The notes below the pieces were generated by a model. It had not been told where the DNA came from. It searched no databases and was given only the letters and a program-made list of their open reading frames with translations. Positions 55,146 to 63,289 of a DNA stretch of 64,000 nt are shown here, one piece after another; the first letter of the stretch is position 1; every line of letters begins with the position of its first letter. This DNA is from Candidatus Peregrinibacteria bacterium GW2011_GWA2_33_10 (GTDB taxonomy: Bacteria; Patescibacteriota; Gracilibacteria; UBA1369; GWC2-33-13), in contig LBOO01000003.1 in NCBI GenBank assembly GCA_000989565.1, forward strand, positions 22,832 to 86,831. The letters are read 5' to 3'. The translations under genes were made by a program, and so were the position numbers.

Positions 55146-56618
55146 TTATTTTATAGTATATGCGGAATCTTCTTTGGCAAATTTGGAAGCATAATCCAGA
55201 AGCTGTTTGCTGGATGAATAAATTCTGAATAGTATTTCTCCTTTTTTAACTTTATCGCCTGTTTTTTTGTATAAATAAACTCCACCCTGAATGTCTTTCG
55301 GGGCGCCGGCAACACGGCAGACTCGGGATATTTTTTTGTTATGGATTTCAATTACTTTTCCGCTTTTTTCGGCTTTTATGTCTATAAAAATAGAAGATAG
55401 TTTTGGAATTTTTTTCTCGCCTTGTTCTTTTATTATTTCTTGCATTTTTTTCCATGCCGCACCTGATTCCAGTAATTCTTTAGCCATATTCAATCCCTGT
55501 CCTTTGTGGGCTTTTTTTGTCAGTTCCAATAAAATCGCGACTAATTTGATGCATTTGTTTTTCAAATCTTGAGGCGCATCTTTTTCATTTTTTAGAACTT
55601 TTATTACATCAATGGCTTCAAGAAGAGGTCCTACTCCATTGCCAATAGGTTCTTTCCCGTCAGTAATTATTACTTCGGCTTTCATTCCTAATAATTTAGC
55701 GATTTTTAGGAATCTTTGTCTTAAATGTTGGGCTTGTTTCATATTGGATATTTTTACGGTTTTTCCGATTGGAATATCAATAAGAACATGATTTGCTCCG
55801 ACTGAATGTTTTTTGGCCATGATTGAAGCTAAAAGCATGCCTTCGGGATCCAAGCTTAAAGGATGTCTTACGCGGATTAAGCGATCGTCAGCCGCCGCCA
55901 AATCAACGCCACCGCCCCAAGTAATAAATCCGCCGACTTTATTGGCTATTTTCATGAGTTTTGGAGCTTGATTTGTGACATTAGCGAGAACCTCCATTGT
56001 GTCAGCGGTTCCTGCGGGGCTGGTAATTGATCGAGAAGAAGTTTTTGGCATTTTTAAGCCTGCAGCGGTAAGCATTGGTACAACTATCATTGTTGTTCTA
56101 TTGCCGGGTACTCCACCTATACAGTGTTTGTCCACAATAATTTTATCTTTGAATTTAAGTTTATTTCCGTTAGCGACTATCGATCTTGTAAGATCCGCGG
56201 TTTCTTGGTCGTTTAATCCATGAATATAACATGCTGAAACAAAATATGTCATTTCAATGTCAGTAAGGTCGTCTTCTACTATGTCTTTTACGATTTCGTT
56301 AATTTTGGCTTTTGTTAAAGCGATTCCGTTGAGCTTTTCTTTTATGTACATGGTTGAGATGGGTTTTTCGGCCATTTCTACTGTAATTTTATCTCCTTTT
56401 TTTGCTTCCAATAAGTCCCAAGCTTCAGTAAAAAGTTTAATATGATCTTTACGCATGGTAGGAGTGGTGTCGAGAAGAGCGCGAATTACATTTTTTTTGT
56501 TCTTTAAAATAATTCTGTCGCCGGCATGCAAATCAAACATTCTGGCTGTATCTTCATGCAAAACTGCAATATATTTATTGCCGGTTTTAATATCGACTTT
56601 TTCTGGAATGAGTTTCAT
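55146..56618 (-). CDS. AMP phosphorylase (thymidine phosphorylase family with the extra N-terminal domain)
   Basis: 490 aa. The glycosyl-transferase family 3 core is present (DKHCIGGVPGNRTT, SSRSITSPAGTADT). An ~85-aa N-terminal extension (MKLIPEKVDIKTGNKYIAVLHEDTARMFDLHAGDRI) is characteristic of archaeal-type AMP phosphorylases. Confidence 0.75.
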   Translation of the reverse strand: MKLIPEKVDIKTGNKYIAVLHEDTARMFDLHAGDRIILKNKKNVIRALLDTTPTMRKDHIKLFTEAWDLLEAKKGDKITVEMAEKPISTMYIKEKLNGIALTKAKINEIVKDIVEDDLTDIEMTYFVSACYIHGLNDQETADLTRSIVANGNKLKFKDKIIVDKHCIGGVPGNRTTMIVVPMLTAAGLKMPKTSSRSITSPAGTADTMEVLANVTNQAPKLMKIANKVGGFITWGGGVDLAAADDRLIRVRHPLSLDPEGMLLASIMAKKHSVGANHVLIDIPIGKTVKISNMKQAQHLRQRFLKIAKLLGMKAEVIITDGKEPIGNGVGPLLEAIDVIKVLKNEKDAPQDLKNKCIKLVAILLELTKKAHKGQGLNMAKELLESGAAWKKMQEIIKEQGEKKIPKLSSIFIDIKAEKSGKVIEIHNKKISRVCRVAGAPKDIQGGVYLYKKTGDKVKKGEILFRIYSSSKQLLDYASKFAKEDSAYTIK

Positions 56619-56727
56619 TTTGTTTTAGTTAATTTTTATTTTGATTTTTAAAATCTTATAATTATAGCGGTAAAAACTATGTTAGGCAATCTTTTTGAGT
56701 TTTTATAGCCAAAATATTAATATTTTA

Positions 56728-56756
56728 TTGGTAATAATATAAAAATGTGTTATAAT
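56728..56756 (+). promoter_or_regulatory. Candidate promoter with an extended -10: TTGGTA-17 nt-(TGt)TATAAT
   Basis: Read directly, 38 nt upstream of the 56794 ATG. Confidence 0.35.
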
Positions 56757-56793
56757 TTTTAGATTTTAAACAAATTAATTTAACTAATTTTTT

Positions 56794-58071
56794 ATGAAGA
56801 ACATTCCTTTTAGACCAAATTTTAATTATTTTATTAATTTTGAGAATAGAGCTGTATTTGAAGATCCGCAGAATAATCAATTTGCCGGACAAATGGGAGG
56901 AGGGATGCAAAAAGACCCTAAAGCCGCGGCTTTAATGTCAGGAGATATCGATCAGGTTTTTACAGCATTTAATTTGGCTGCGGGATTTCTGAATCGTAGA
57001 CAATTTTTGGCTGCTCATCCTGAGATAATTGAGTATATTAATTCAATGACACAAGGAGAACCTCCGATTATGAGTAATAGTGATGGTTATCGTGGAACAA
57101 GCGCGCAAAATGGAGCTTATATTCAATATTTTAAAGATCATGCCGACAAAATTGAAAAAATGAGAACACAGGGAGGCGGTTTTTCTCCTCAGGTTCAGGG
57201 AAATGTAATTATGCAACAACAGACTCCTCAAGCAGTACCTCAACCTCAATTAAATGTAATTCCACCACAGCTTCCAAAACAGCAAGAATCTCAGCTTTCT
57301 ACAGCGCAAACCCCGTTACAAAACGAAAACATGAATATTCCGGTGCAACCACAAACTATGAATCAAGAAGCAACAAGCCAAAAACCAAATGTTTCGCAAT
57401 TTGAAGAAGATCCGAATTTGGGTAAAAATATGGATGTGCCAACAATTACCAATGAAGTCAAACAGGAAGAACCAAAGAAAATTCCGGATTTTCAAGGGGC
57501 TGATTTTTCCAAAACCGCTGTAGATGATGTAGAAATCAAAAATGAAGAACCTATTTTTTCTCCAACCGTACCAAAAGGAGCGGGAACAATTTCCTCTCAG
57601 GAACAAGCCATTAATGTAGAAGAAGCGCAAGATTCCGAATTAAAACCTGATGAAAGTATAGGAATATTTCAAAAAGGAGATAAAGGTCAAACGGAAGCTA
57701 CAGATCAGATTATAGAAGAGCAGCCGGAAAATTTGGAAGAAGAATATGAAAAAGAATCTTCGATCGGCCAAGAGATTAAAGAAACCGAGAAAAAAGAGAC
57801 ATTACAATTCAGCAGTTTGTATGATTTGGAGAGTTTTGACTGGTGGCCTGTGGACGATATAAATTTGGATATAAAAGATGATCATCATGCTTTAATGGAA
57901 ATTGTAAGCGGTTCAGGTTTTTTAAAAAGATCAGTAATGTGGACTTTATCTTTATTGGATAATGGGAAAGTATGGATGTTTACAGCTGATGAGACTTTAC
58001 CATCCAATGAACGGGAGCAAATTTTGGATTTTGAGGATTTTAAAGAGTTGATTGAGAGTTCGTATATGTAG
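56794..58071 (+). CDS. Hypothetical protein with a Q/P/E-rich disordered centre
   Basis: 425-aa ORF with no signal peptide or TM. A folded-looking N-terminal ~120 aa and C-terminal ~100 aa flank about 200 aa of Q/P/E/N-rich sequence. Confidence 0.55.
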   Translation: MKNIPFRPNFNYFINFENRAVFEDPQNNQFAGQMGGGMQKDPKAAALMSGDIDQVFTAFNLAAGFLNRRQFLAAHPEIIEYINSMTQGEPPIMSNSDGYRGTSAQNGAYIQYFKDHADKIEKMRTQGGGFSPQVQGNVIMQQQTPQAVPQPQLNVIPPQLPKQQESQLSTAQTPLQNENMNIPVQPQTMNQEATSQKPNVSQFEEDPNLGKNMDVPTITNEVKQEEPKKIPDFQGADFSKTAVDDVEIKNEEPIFSPTVPKGAGTISSQEQAINVEEAQDSELKPDESIGIFQKGDKGQTEATDQIIEEQPENLEEEYEKESSIGQEIKETEKKETLQFSSLYDLESFDWWPVDDINLDIKDDHHALMEIVSGSGFLKRSVMWTLSLLDNGKVWMFTADETLPSNEREQILDFEDFKELIESSYM

Positions 58072-58072
58072 G

Positions 58073-58107
58073 GTGGAGTGATCAGAAATCAGTGATCAGG
58101 AATAATG
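58073..58107. repeat. Heptanucleotide tandem array GTGGAGT GATCAGA AATCAGT GATCAGG AATAATG
   Basis: Read directly. It starts 2 nt after the TAG stop of the preceding gene. Confidence 0.6.
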
Positions 58108-58144
58108 CCGATCACAATGAATATAAAATTACTAATAATTATTC

Positions 58145-59341
58145 ATGTATATTTTAGTCTTCAATGGGGGGTCGTCGTCGTTAAAGGTTACTCTTTATGA
58201 TTATTTAAATTTGAAAAGTCATTATAAAGCTCATGTGGATGGGATTTCTTTAGATAGTTGTAAGTTTAAGCAGCATATTTTAAGAGGGGAAGATTATGAA
58301 GTTGTAAACAAGAAAGTGATATGTAAAAATCATGATCAAGCTTTTAAAATGGTTTTAAAAGGTTTAATTGATAGCAAAATTTTAAAAAAATTCAGTGAAA
58401 TTAAGGTTATAGGGCATAGAGTTGTTCATGGAGGTGAAAAATTAATTGAACCTACTTTTGTTAATCCTTTAGTGAAAAGAGAAATTAAAAAAAATTTTAT
58501 TCTTGCGCCGTTGCATAATCCCGCTAATTACAAAATTATCACTGCAAGTCAAAAATACTTAAAAAGCATTCCTGATGTCGCGGTTTTTGATACGGCTTTT
58601 TATCAGACCTTACCAAGAAAAGCATATTTATATGCGCTGCCTATGAAACTTTATAGGAATTATCATATCAGGAAATATGGTTTTCATGGTATTTCTCACG
58701 AATATGTAAGTTCACAAACACTTAAATTATTAAAGAAGAACAAATCTAAAATTATAACTTGCCATTTGGGAAATGGCGTGAGTATAAGCGCGATTAAAGA
58801 TGGAAAGTGCGTTGATACAAGTATGGGTTTTACGCCTATGACCGGGGCAATGATGGGGACGAGAATAGGGGATTTTGATCCTTCAATTATAAGATTATTG
58901 TTGAAAAAGGGTTATACTTTTGATAATTTGGAGAAGATTTTTAATTATGATTCCGGACTGAAAGGTGTTTCCGGTATTACTTCGGATGTGAGAATTTTAA
59001 GGGATAAATGGTTTAAGGAAAAAGATGTGAGGGCTAAATTAGCTTTGGATTTATATTGTTATGATATAGCCAAGTATATTGGTAGTTATATTTTGGTTCT
59101 GGGAGGTTTTGATGCGATTACTTTTACTGCCGGTGTTGGACAGAATGCATGGTATGTAAGAAAGTGGATTTGTGATTATTTGAAATTTTCAGGTTTATCT
59201 TTGGATGATCGAAAAAATAAAAAGAATGATTTGGAAATTCATGATAAAAAAAGCAAAATTAAAGTTTTTGTTATCACGACAAAGGAAGGACTGCAGATAG
59301 CGAAGGTAGTGAAAAACTTGATTAGTCAATCACCGCTGTGA
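58145..59341 (+). CDS. ackA: Acetate kinase
   Basis: 398 aa. ILVFNGGSSSLK, GHRVVHGG and FHGISH are acetate/propionate kinase signatures. Confidence 0.93.
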   Translation: MYILVFNGGSSSLKVTLYDYLNLKSHYKAHVDGISLDSCKFKQHILRGEDYEVVNKKVICKNHDQAFKMVLKGLIDSKILKKFSEIKVIGHRVVHGGEKLIEPTFVNPLVKREIKKNFILAPLHNPANYKIITASQKYLKSIPDVAVFDTAFYQTLPRKAYLYALPMKLYRNYHIRKYGFHGISHEYVSSQTLKLLKKNKSKIITCHLGNGVSISAIKDGKCVDTSMGFTPMTGAMMGTRIGDFDPSIIRLLLKKGYTFDNLEKIFNYDSGLKGVSGITSDVRILRDKWFKEKDVRAKLALDLYCYDIAKYIGSYILVLGGFDAITFTAGVGQNAWYVRKWICDYLKFSGLSLDDRKNKKNDLEIHDKKSKIKVFVITTKEGLQIAKVVKNLISQSPL

Positions 59342-60299
59342 TCGCTGTCAAGTTTACTATGTCTTCGGCATCACAACCGCGCGATAAATCATTGATCGGT
59401 TTTTTCAGGCCTTGGAGAATTGGACCTATGGCTTCGGCTTTTGCAAGTCTTTGGACTAATTTATAGGCTATATTGGCAGAATTGAGGTCCGGAAAAATAA
59501 GTATATTGGCATCTCCTTGAATTTTTGAATTTGGAAATTTTTGGGCGCACACTTCTTTATTTAAAGCAGCATCAACTTGCATTTCTCCTTCTATGATCAG
59601 TTTTGGCGCTTTTTCTTTTGCAATTAAAGTGGCTTCGCGCATTTTATCTACTGTAGGATGATCTCCTGAACCATTAGTTGAAAAAGAAAGCATGGCAATT
59701 TTCGGTTCAATGCCCATTTTTTTAGCTGTTTTTGCCGTGTCGATGGCTATTTCCGCTAAATCATGTGAATTTGGATCTGTCATGACTGCGCAATCTGCAA
59801 AAAATATTAATTTTTTTTCCATCATCATAATAAATAATCCTGAAACTTTATGAAATTTTTCTTTGGTTTTAATTATTTGTAAAGCAGGAAGAATAGTTTT
59901 GTTCGTAGGAGATAGGTTTCCTGAAATCATGGCATCAGCATAAGCTTCATTGATCATCATGGTGCCGAAATAATTGGGGTCTTTGAGTAAATTTTGCGCT
60001 TCCATTAAATTTTTAATTTTTCCGTTTCTGATTTTGAATAATTTTTTAGCATAATGATCAATAAAATCATTGTCCAAATGATTGATAATTTGGATTTTTT
60101 GCAGGTTTAATTTTAAGCGATGTTTGCGGAGAATTTCTTTTATATTATCTAAATTTCCCAATAAAATAGGACGGCATAAATTTTGATTTATTATTTCTTT
60201 AATTGCAGAAAGTACTCGAATATCTTCACTTTCAGCGAAAACTATTGTTTTTTGATTCTTTTTTGCTTTATTTTTAAGTTTTTTTAGGAATTTTTTCAT
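59322..60299 (-). CDS. pta: Phosphate acetyltransferase (PTA_PTB domain only)
   Basis: 325 aa. IVFAESEDIRVL, FFADCAVMTDP and SFSTNGSG fit the PTA catalytic domain. Convergent with ackA, with a 20-nt overlap. Confidence 0.9.
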   Translation of the reverse strand: MKKFLKKLKNKAKKNQKTIVFAESEDIRVLSAIKEIINQNLCRPILLGNLDNIKEILRKHRLKLNLQKIQIINHLDNDFIDHYAKKLFKIRNGKIKNLMEAQNLLKDPNYFGTMMINEAYADAMISGNLSPTNKTILPALQIIKTKEKFHKVSGLFIMMMEKKLIFFADCAVMTDPNSHDLAEIAIDTAKTAKKMGIEPKIAMLSFSTNGSGDHPTVDKMREATLIAKEKAPKLIIEGEMQVDAALNKEVCAQKFPNSKIQGDANILIFPDLNSANIAYKLVQRLAKAEAIGPILQGLKKPINDLSRGCDAEDIVNLTAITAVID

Positions 60300-60367
60300 A
60301 ATGTTACGAGGGTTTTTACTGGAGTATATCTTTCAGTAAAAACTGATCATTTAAATAGTTAGTTAAT

Positions 60368-60592
60368 TTATTCAAAAACTTCCTGTACATCGTTAGTAGC
60401 TTTTGTAACGCTATTTGTTGCTTCTTCTACATCCGAAATTGTTTCGTTTACTTTGTTTTTTGTTTCTTCATAGGTATTTACTGTTGAATCAATTGTTTCA
60501 GTAGCCGTATTTTTTACATTTTCAAAACTATCACCGAGGGAGCAACTTGAGAGGGTGAGAAGAAATGCGAGGAGAAGGATTTTTTGAGGCAT
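60368..60592 (-). CDS. Small lipoprotein
   Basis: 74 aa. The signal peptide has the lipobox LSSC. The mature part is T/N/E/V-rich and helical. Confidence 0.5.
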   Translation of the reverse strand: MPQKILLLAFLLTLSSCSLGDSFENVKNTATETIDSTVNTYEETKNKVNETISDVEEATNSVTKATNDVQEVFE

Positions 60593-60619
60593 GGATAGAA
60601 TAGTAAGTGATAGATGGCT

Positions 60620-60710
60620 CGTAATTTGTAATATGTAATCTGTAATTCGTGAATTGAATTTTTTAAATATTTTCCTTTTACGAATTACGGATTACGTATT
60701 ACAAATTACG
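60620..60710. repeat. Long inverted repeat built from GTAATNY heptads (31-bp stem, ~25-nt loop)
   Basis: Left arm CGTAATTTGTAATATGTAATCTGTAATTCGT pairs with right arm ACGAATTACGGATTACGTATTACAAATTACG. The only imperfections are two positions that are U.G on the + strand. Confidence 0.85.
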
Positions 60711-60747
60711 AAAAATTATATATTAACACTAAAAGTTATTTTTTGCT

Positions 60748-61077
60748 TTACCTTATAAACTTGCTTATATCCTCATTTTTTAATTCTTTCAGAAAATTAT
60801 GCATATCCAGAACGTCGTTTTTCGTAACAGGATTTTTGTTGATGGATACTATTTTAATTTCTATATCCATATTAATATCCGTAATTGCCATGTGGGGCAG
60901 GAAGACATTAATCATTAATTTGTTTTTGCATGATTCGCAATCAATGAAAAAAGCGCCGTCAAATCTGTTAGTGCCAAGTATGTGAATTTCTTTGTTTGAA
61001 AAAATTTTTTGGCAGTGCGGGCAGGTAATTTTCTTTTTGATTTCCTTTAATATGTAGTTAATTTCAGATAAATTCAT
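60748..61077 (-). CDS. Hypothetical zinc-ribbon protein
   Basis: 109 aa with CPHC...CESC (CxxC-N25-CxxC). Confidence 0.5.
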   Translation of the reverse strand: MNLSEINYILKEIKKKITCPHCQKIFSNKEIHILGTNRFDGAFFIDCESCKNKLMINVFLPHMAITDINMDIEIKIVSINKNPVTKNDVLDMHNFLKELKNEDISKFIR

Positions 61078-61161
61078 TGGAAGTGCTGTTTAAAGATTGA
61101 TTATATCGTATTCTTATATTATTATTTTTGAATTTTTTTGCAAGGTTTAAGATTAAAAAAT

Positions 61162-61189
61162 TTGACAATTTAAATATTTATATTAATAT
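61162..61189 (+). promoter_or_regulatory. Candidate promoter TTGACA-16 nt-TAATAT
   Basis: Read directly, 32 nt upstream of the ATG at 61221. It lies inside the TTG-started ORF extension, which argues for the shorter gene model. Confidence 0.45.
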
Positions 61190-61220
61190 TTGGACGAAAA
61201 ATTTATTTTTAAAAAAAATT

Positions 61221-61718
61221 ATGGAAGAAATCACTATAAGGCAGGATAAATTAACTCAAGATAATCAAAGTATTACACAGATTGATTTGACTATGGACGG
61301 AGACAGATTAATTAATGAAATTTACCGTGGTGATCATATTATGACAACTAGAACTGATAGAGACTATACAGATAGAGAAGACACTGTTCTCCAGTCTGAA
61401 ATTGATGAATTGTCAGGTAAAATTCGCGAGAAGTTGGGAAAGATAAACCCTCCGGAAGGTGATAAAATGGTATATGTTGATGTTTTCATGACCCATGATG
61501 GTAACTATTTTTCAACTGATAGAATTAATAAGTATGAACTTGCTTTAGATAGATTGAAAGAAGAGATAAGTGAACGGTTAAATAGAATTTTTCCAGATAA
61601 CATAATAATTGGTTTACGGACAAAAGAGCAAAAAATAGAAATTAAGATGCCGTCTGATAAAATTAAGGGAGTTTCGCAAGAGATTTCGAGTGACTCAAAA
61701 AATGATTGGGCTGAATAA
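61221..61718 (+). CDS. Hypothetical acidic protein
   Basis: The track ORF 61128..61718 begins at a TTG. I prefer the ATG at 61221 (MEEITIRQDK...) because the upstream 31 codons are AT-rich filler that contains a good promoter match. Confidence 0.5.
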   Translation: MEEITIRQDKLTQDNQSITQIDLTMDGDRLINEIYRGDHIMTTRTDRDYTDREDTVLQSEIDELSGKIREKLGKINPPEGDKMVYVDVFMTHDGNYFSTDRINKYELALDRLKEEISERLNRIFPDNIIIGLRTKEQKIEIKMPSDKIKGVSQEISSDSKNDWAE

Positions 61719-61729
61719 TTTAAAATTAT

Positions 61730-63229
61730 TTAACTGATTTTTTCTATCCCATTCCTAATCCTTTTCAAGCTATTTTCTTTTCCTAAAACCCTGAGGAGTT
61801 CGAAGACGCCGGGGGAGAATTCGCGGCCGGTTAGGGTTGTTCTGATCGGCCATAGAACTTGGCCGTTTTTGACGTTCATTTCTGTTATTACTTGCATTAG
61901 GGTTTCTTTTGTTGTTTCTTCGTTATCGAAATTGTCATGTTTTTCCAATGCTTTTAATGATTTTTCCAAAGCTTCTTTGGCTATTGCTTCATCTACTTTC
62001 ATTTTTTCATTTAGAAATATTTTTTTGTCGTATTCAGGTTGTTCCGTGAAGAATATTTCCAGCATGGGGATGCTGTCAGGGAAAGTTTTTATTCTGCTTT
62101 GTTCCAGTTTTATGCATTCTTGAAGATATTTTATGTCTTTTGATAAAGGACTTTTTGTAAACCATTCTTGTTTTTGCAGGTAAGGGAGGATTTGTTCCGT
62201 TAATTTTTCTATGTCCATTTGGCGGATATATAAGCCGTTCATCCAGTCCAGTTTTTCAATATTGAAAATAGCGCCGGCTTTTTGAACTTTATTTAAATCG
62301 AATTTTTCTATTAATTCATTTAAAGTGAAAATTTCCTGTGTTTCTCCTGATCCCGGATTCCAGCCGAGCATAGCCACAAAATTGAGGAGTGCTTCTTCAA
62401 GATACCCTTTATTTAAGTAATCTTCACATGCCACGTCGCCTTGGCGTTTTGATAATTTTGTTTTGTCGGGATTGAGAAGCAGCGGTAAATGCGCGAATTC
62501 CGGCTGTTTCCAATCGAACGCTTGATATAAAATTATATGTTTTGGGGTTGAGGGAAGCCATTCTTCGCCCCTGATCACGTGTGAGATTTGCATGTAATGG
62601 TCATCTACCACATTCGCCAAATGATAAGTCGGAAAACCGTCTGATTTGATCAGTACTTGATCATCGATAGTATTTGTTAATACTTCGATTTTGCCTCGAA
62701 TCAAATCATTATAAATAATTTTTTGATTTTCCGGAACTTTGAGTCTGATTACATGAGGTGTATTTTTTTCAAGTTTTTGTTTAATCTCTTCTGATGATAA
62801 AAAGCGGCATCTTTTGTCATACATAGGCGGTTTTTTTAGTCTTTGCTGTTCTTCGCGCATTTTATCCAAATCTTCTTTTGTACAGAAACAGCGGTAGGCT
62901 GCGTTTTTTTTCAAGAGATTTTCTGCTTCATTAATATGCAATTCGCGTCGTTCGGATTGAATATATGGTCCAAATTCACCTCCGACATCAGGTCCTTCAT
63001 CAAATTTTAAATTAAACAGATTAAGTATCTTTATTAAATTTTCCGTTGCGCCTTCAACCAATCTTTCTTGATCTGTATCTTCGATGCGAAGAATAAATTT
63101 ACCGTTATGTTTTTTAGCATATAGGAATGAATATAAAGCGGTTCTTAAACCGCCAACATGGAGATAGCCGGTTGGAGAAGGAGCAAAGCGGGTGCGGATC
63201 ATGCGAGGATTGTTAGAATTTATAGACAT
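61730..63229 (-). CDS. gltX: Glutamyl-tRNA synthetase
   Basis: 499 aa. RFAPSPTGYLHVGG (HIGH motif) and KLSKR (KMSKS motif). Confidence 0.95.
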   Translation of the reverse strand: MSINSNNPRMIRTRFAPSPTGYLHVGGLRTALYSFLYAKKHNGKFILRIEDTDQERLVEGATENLIKILNLFNLKFDEGPDVGGEFGPYIQSERRELHINEAENLLKKNAAYRCFCTKEDLDKMREEQQRLKKPPMYDKRCRFLSSEEIKQKLEKNTPHVIRLKVPENQKIIYNDLIRGKIEVLTNTIDDQVLIKSDGFPTYHLANVVDDHYMQISHVIRGEEWLPSTPKHIILYQAFDWKQPEFAHLPLLLNPDKTKLSKRQGDVACEDYLNKGYLEEALLNFVAMLGWNPGSGETQEIFTLNELIEKFDLNKVQKAGAIFNIEKLDWMNGLYIRQMDIEKLTEQILPYLQKQEWFTKSPLSKDIKYLQECIKLEQSRIKTFPDSIPMLEIFFTEQPEYDKKIFLNEKMKVDEAIAKEALEKSLKALEKHDNFDNEETTKETLMQVITEMNVKNGQVLWPIRTTLTGREFSPGVFELLRVLGKENSLKRIRNGIEKIS

Positions 63230-63289
63230 TTATTTCGCATTTTATTATAGTGCTATTAGTATTTTATACAAGAATCTTAGCTAGAAAAA

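Noticed and set aside
7683-60710. Heptad arrays and heptad hairpins as a CRISPR array or telomere-like repeat
   Set aside because: The repeat unit is only 7 bp with no spacers, the arrays are 21-35 bp long, and no cas genes are present. This is a dense circular-type bacterial gene context.
61128-61220. TTG-initiated 5' extension of ORF 61128..61718
   Set aside because: The extension is AT-rich filler (MNFFARFKIKKFDNLNIYINIW...) and contains a TTGACA-16-TAATAT promoter match. The ATG at 61221 is the more plausible start.
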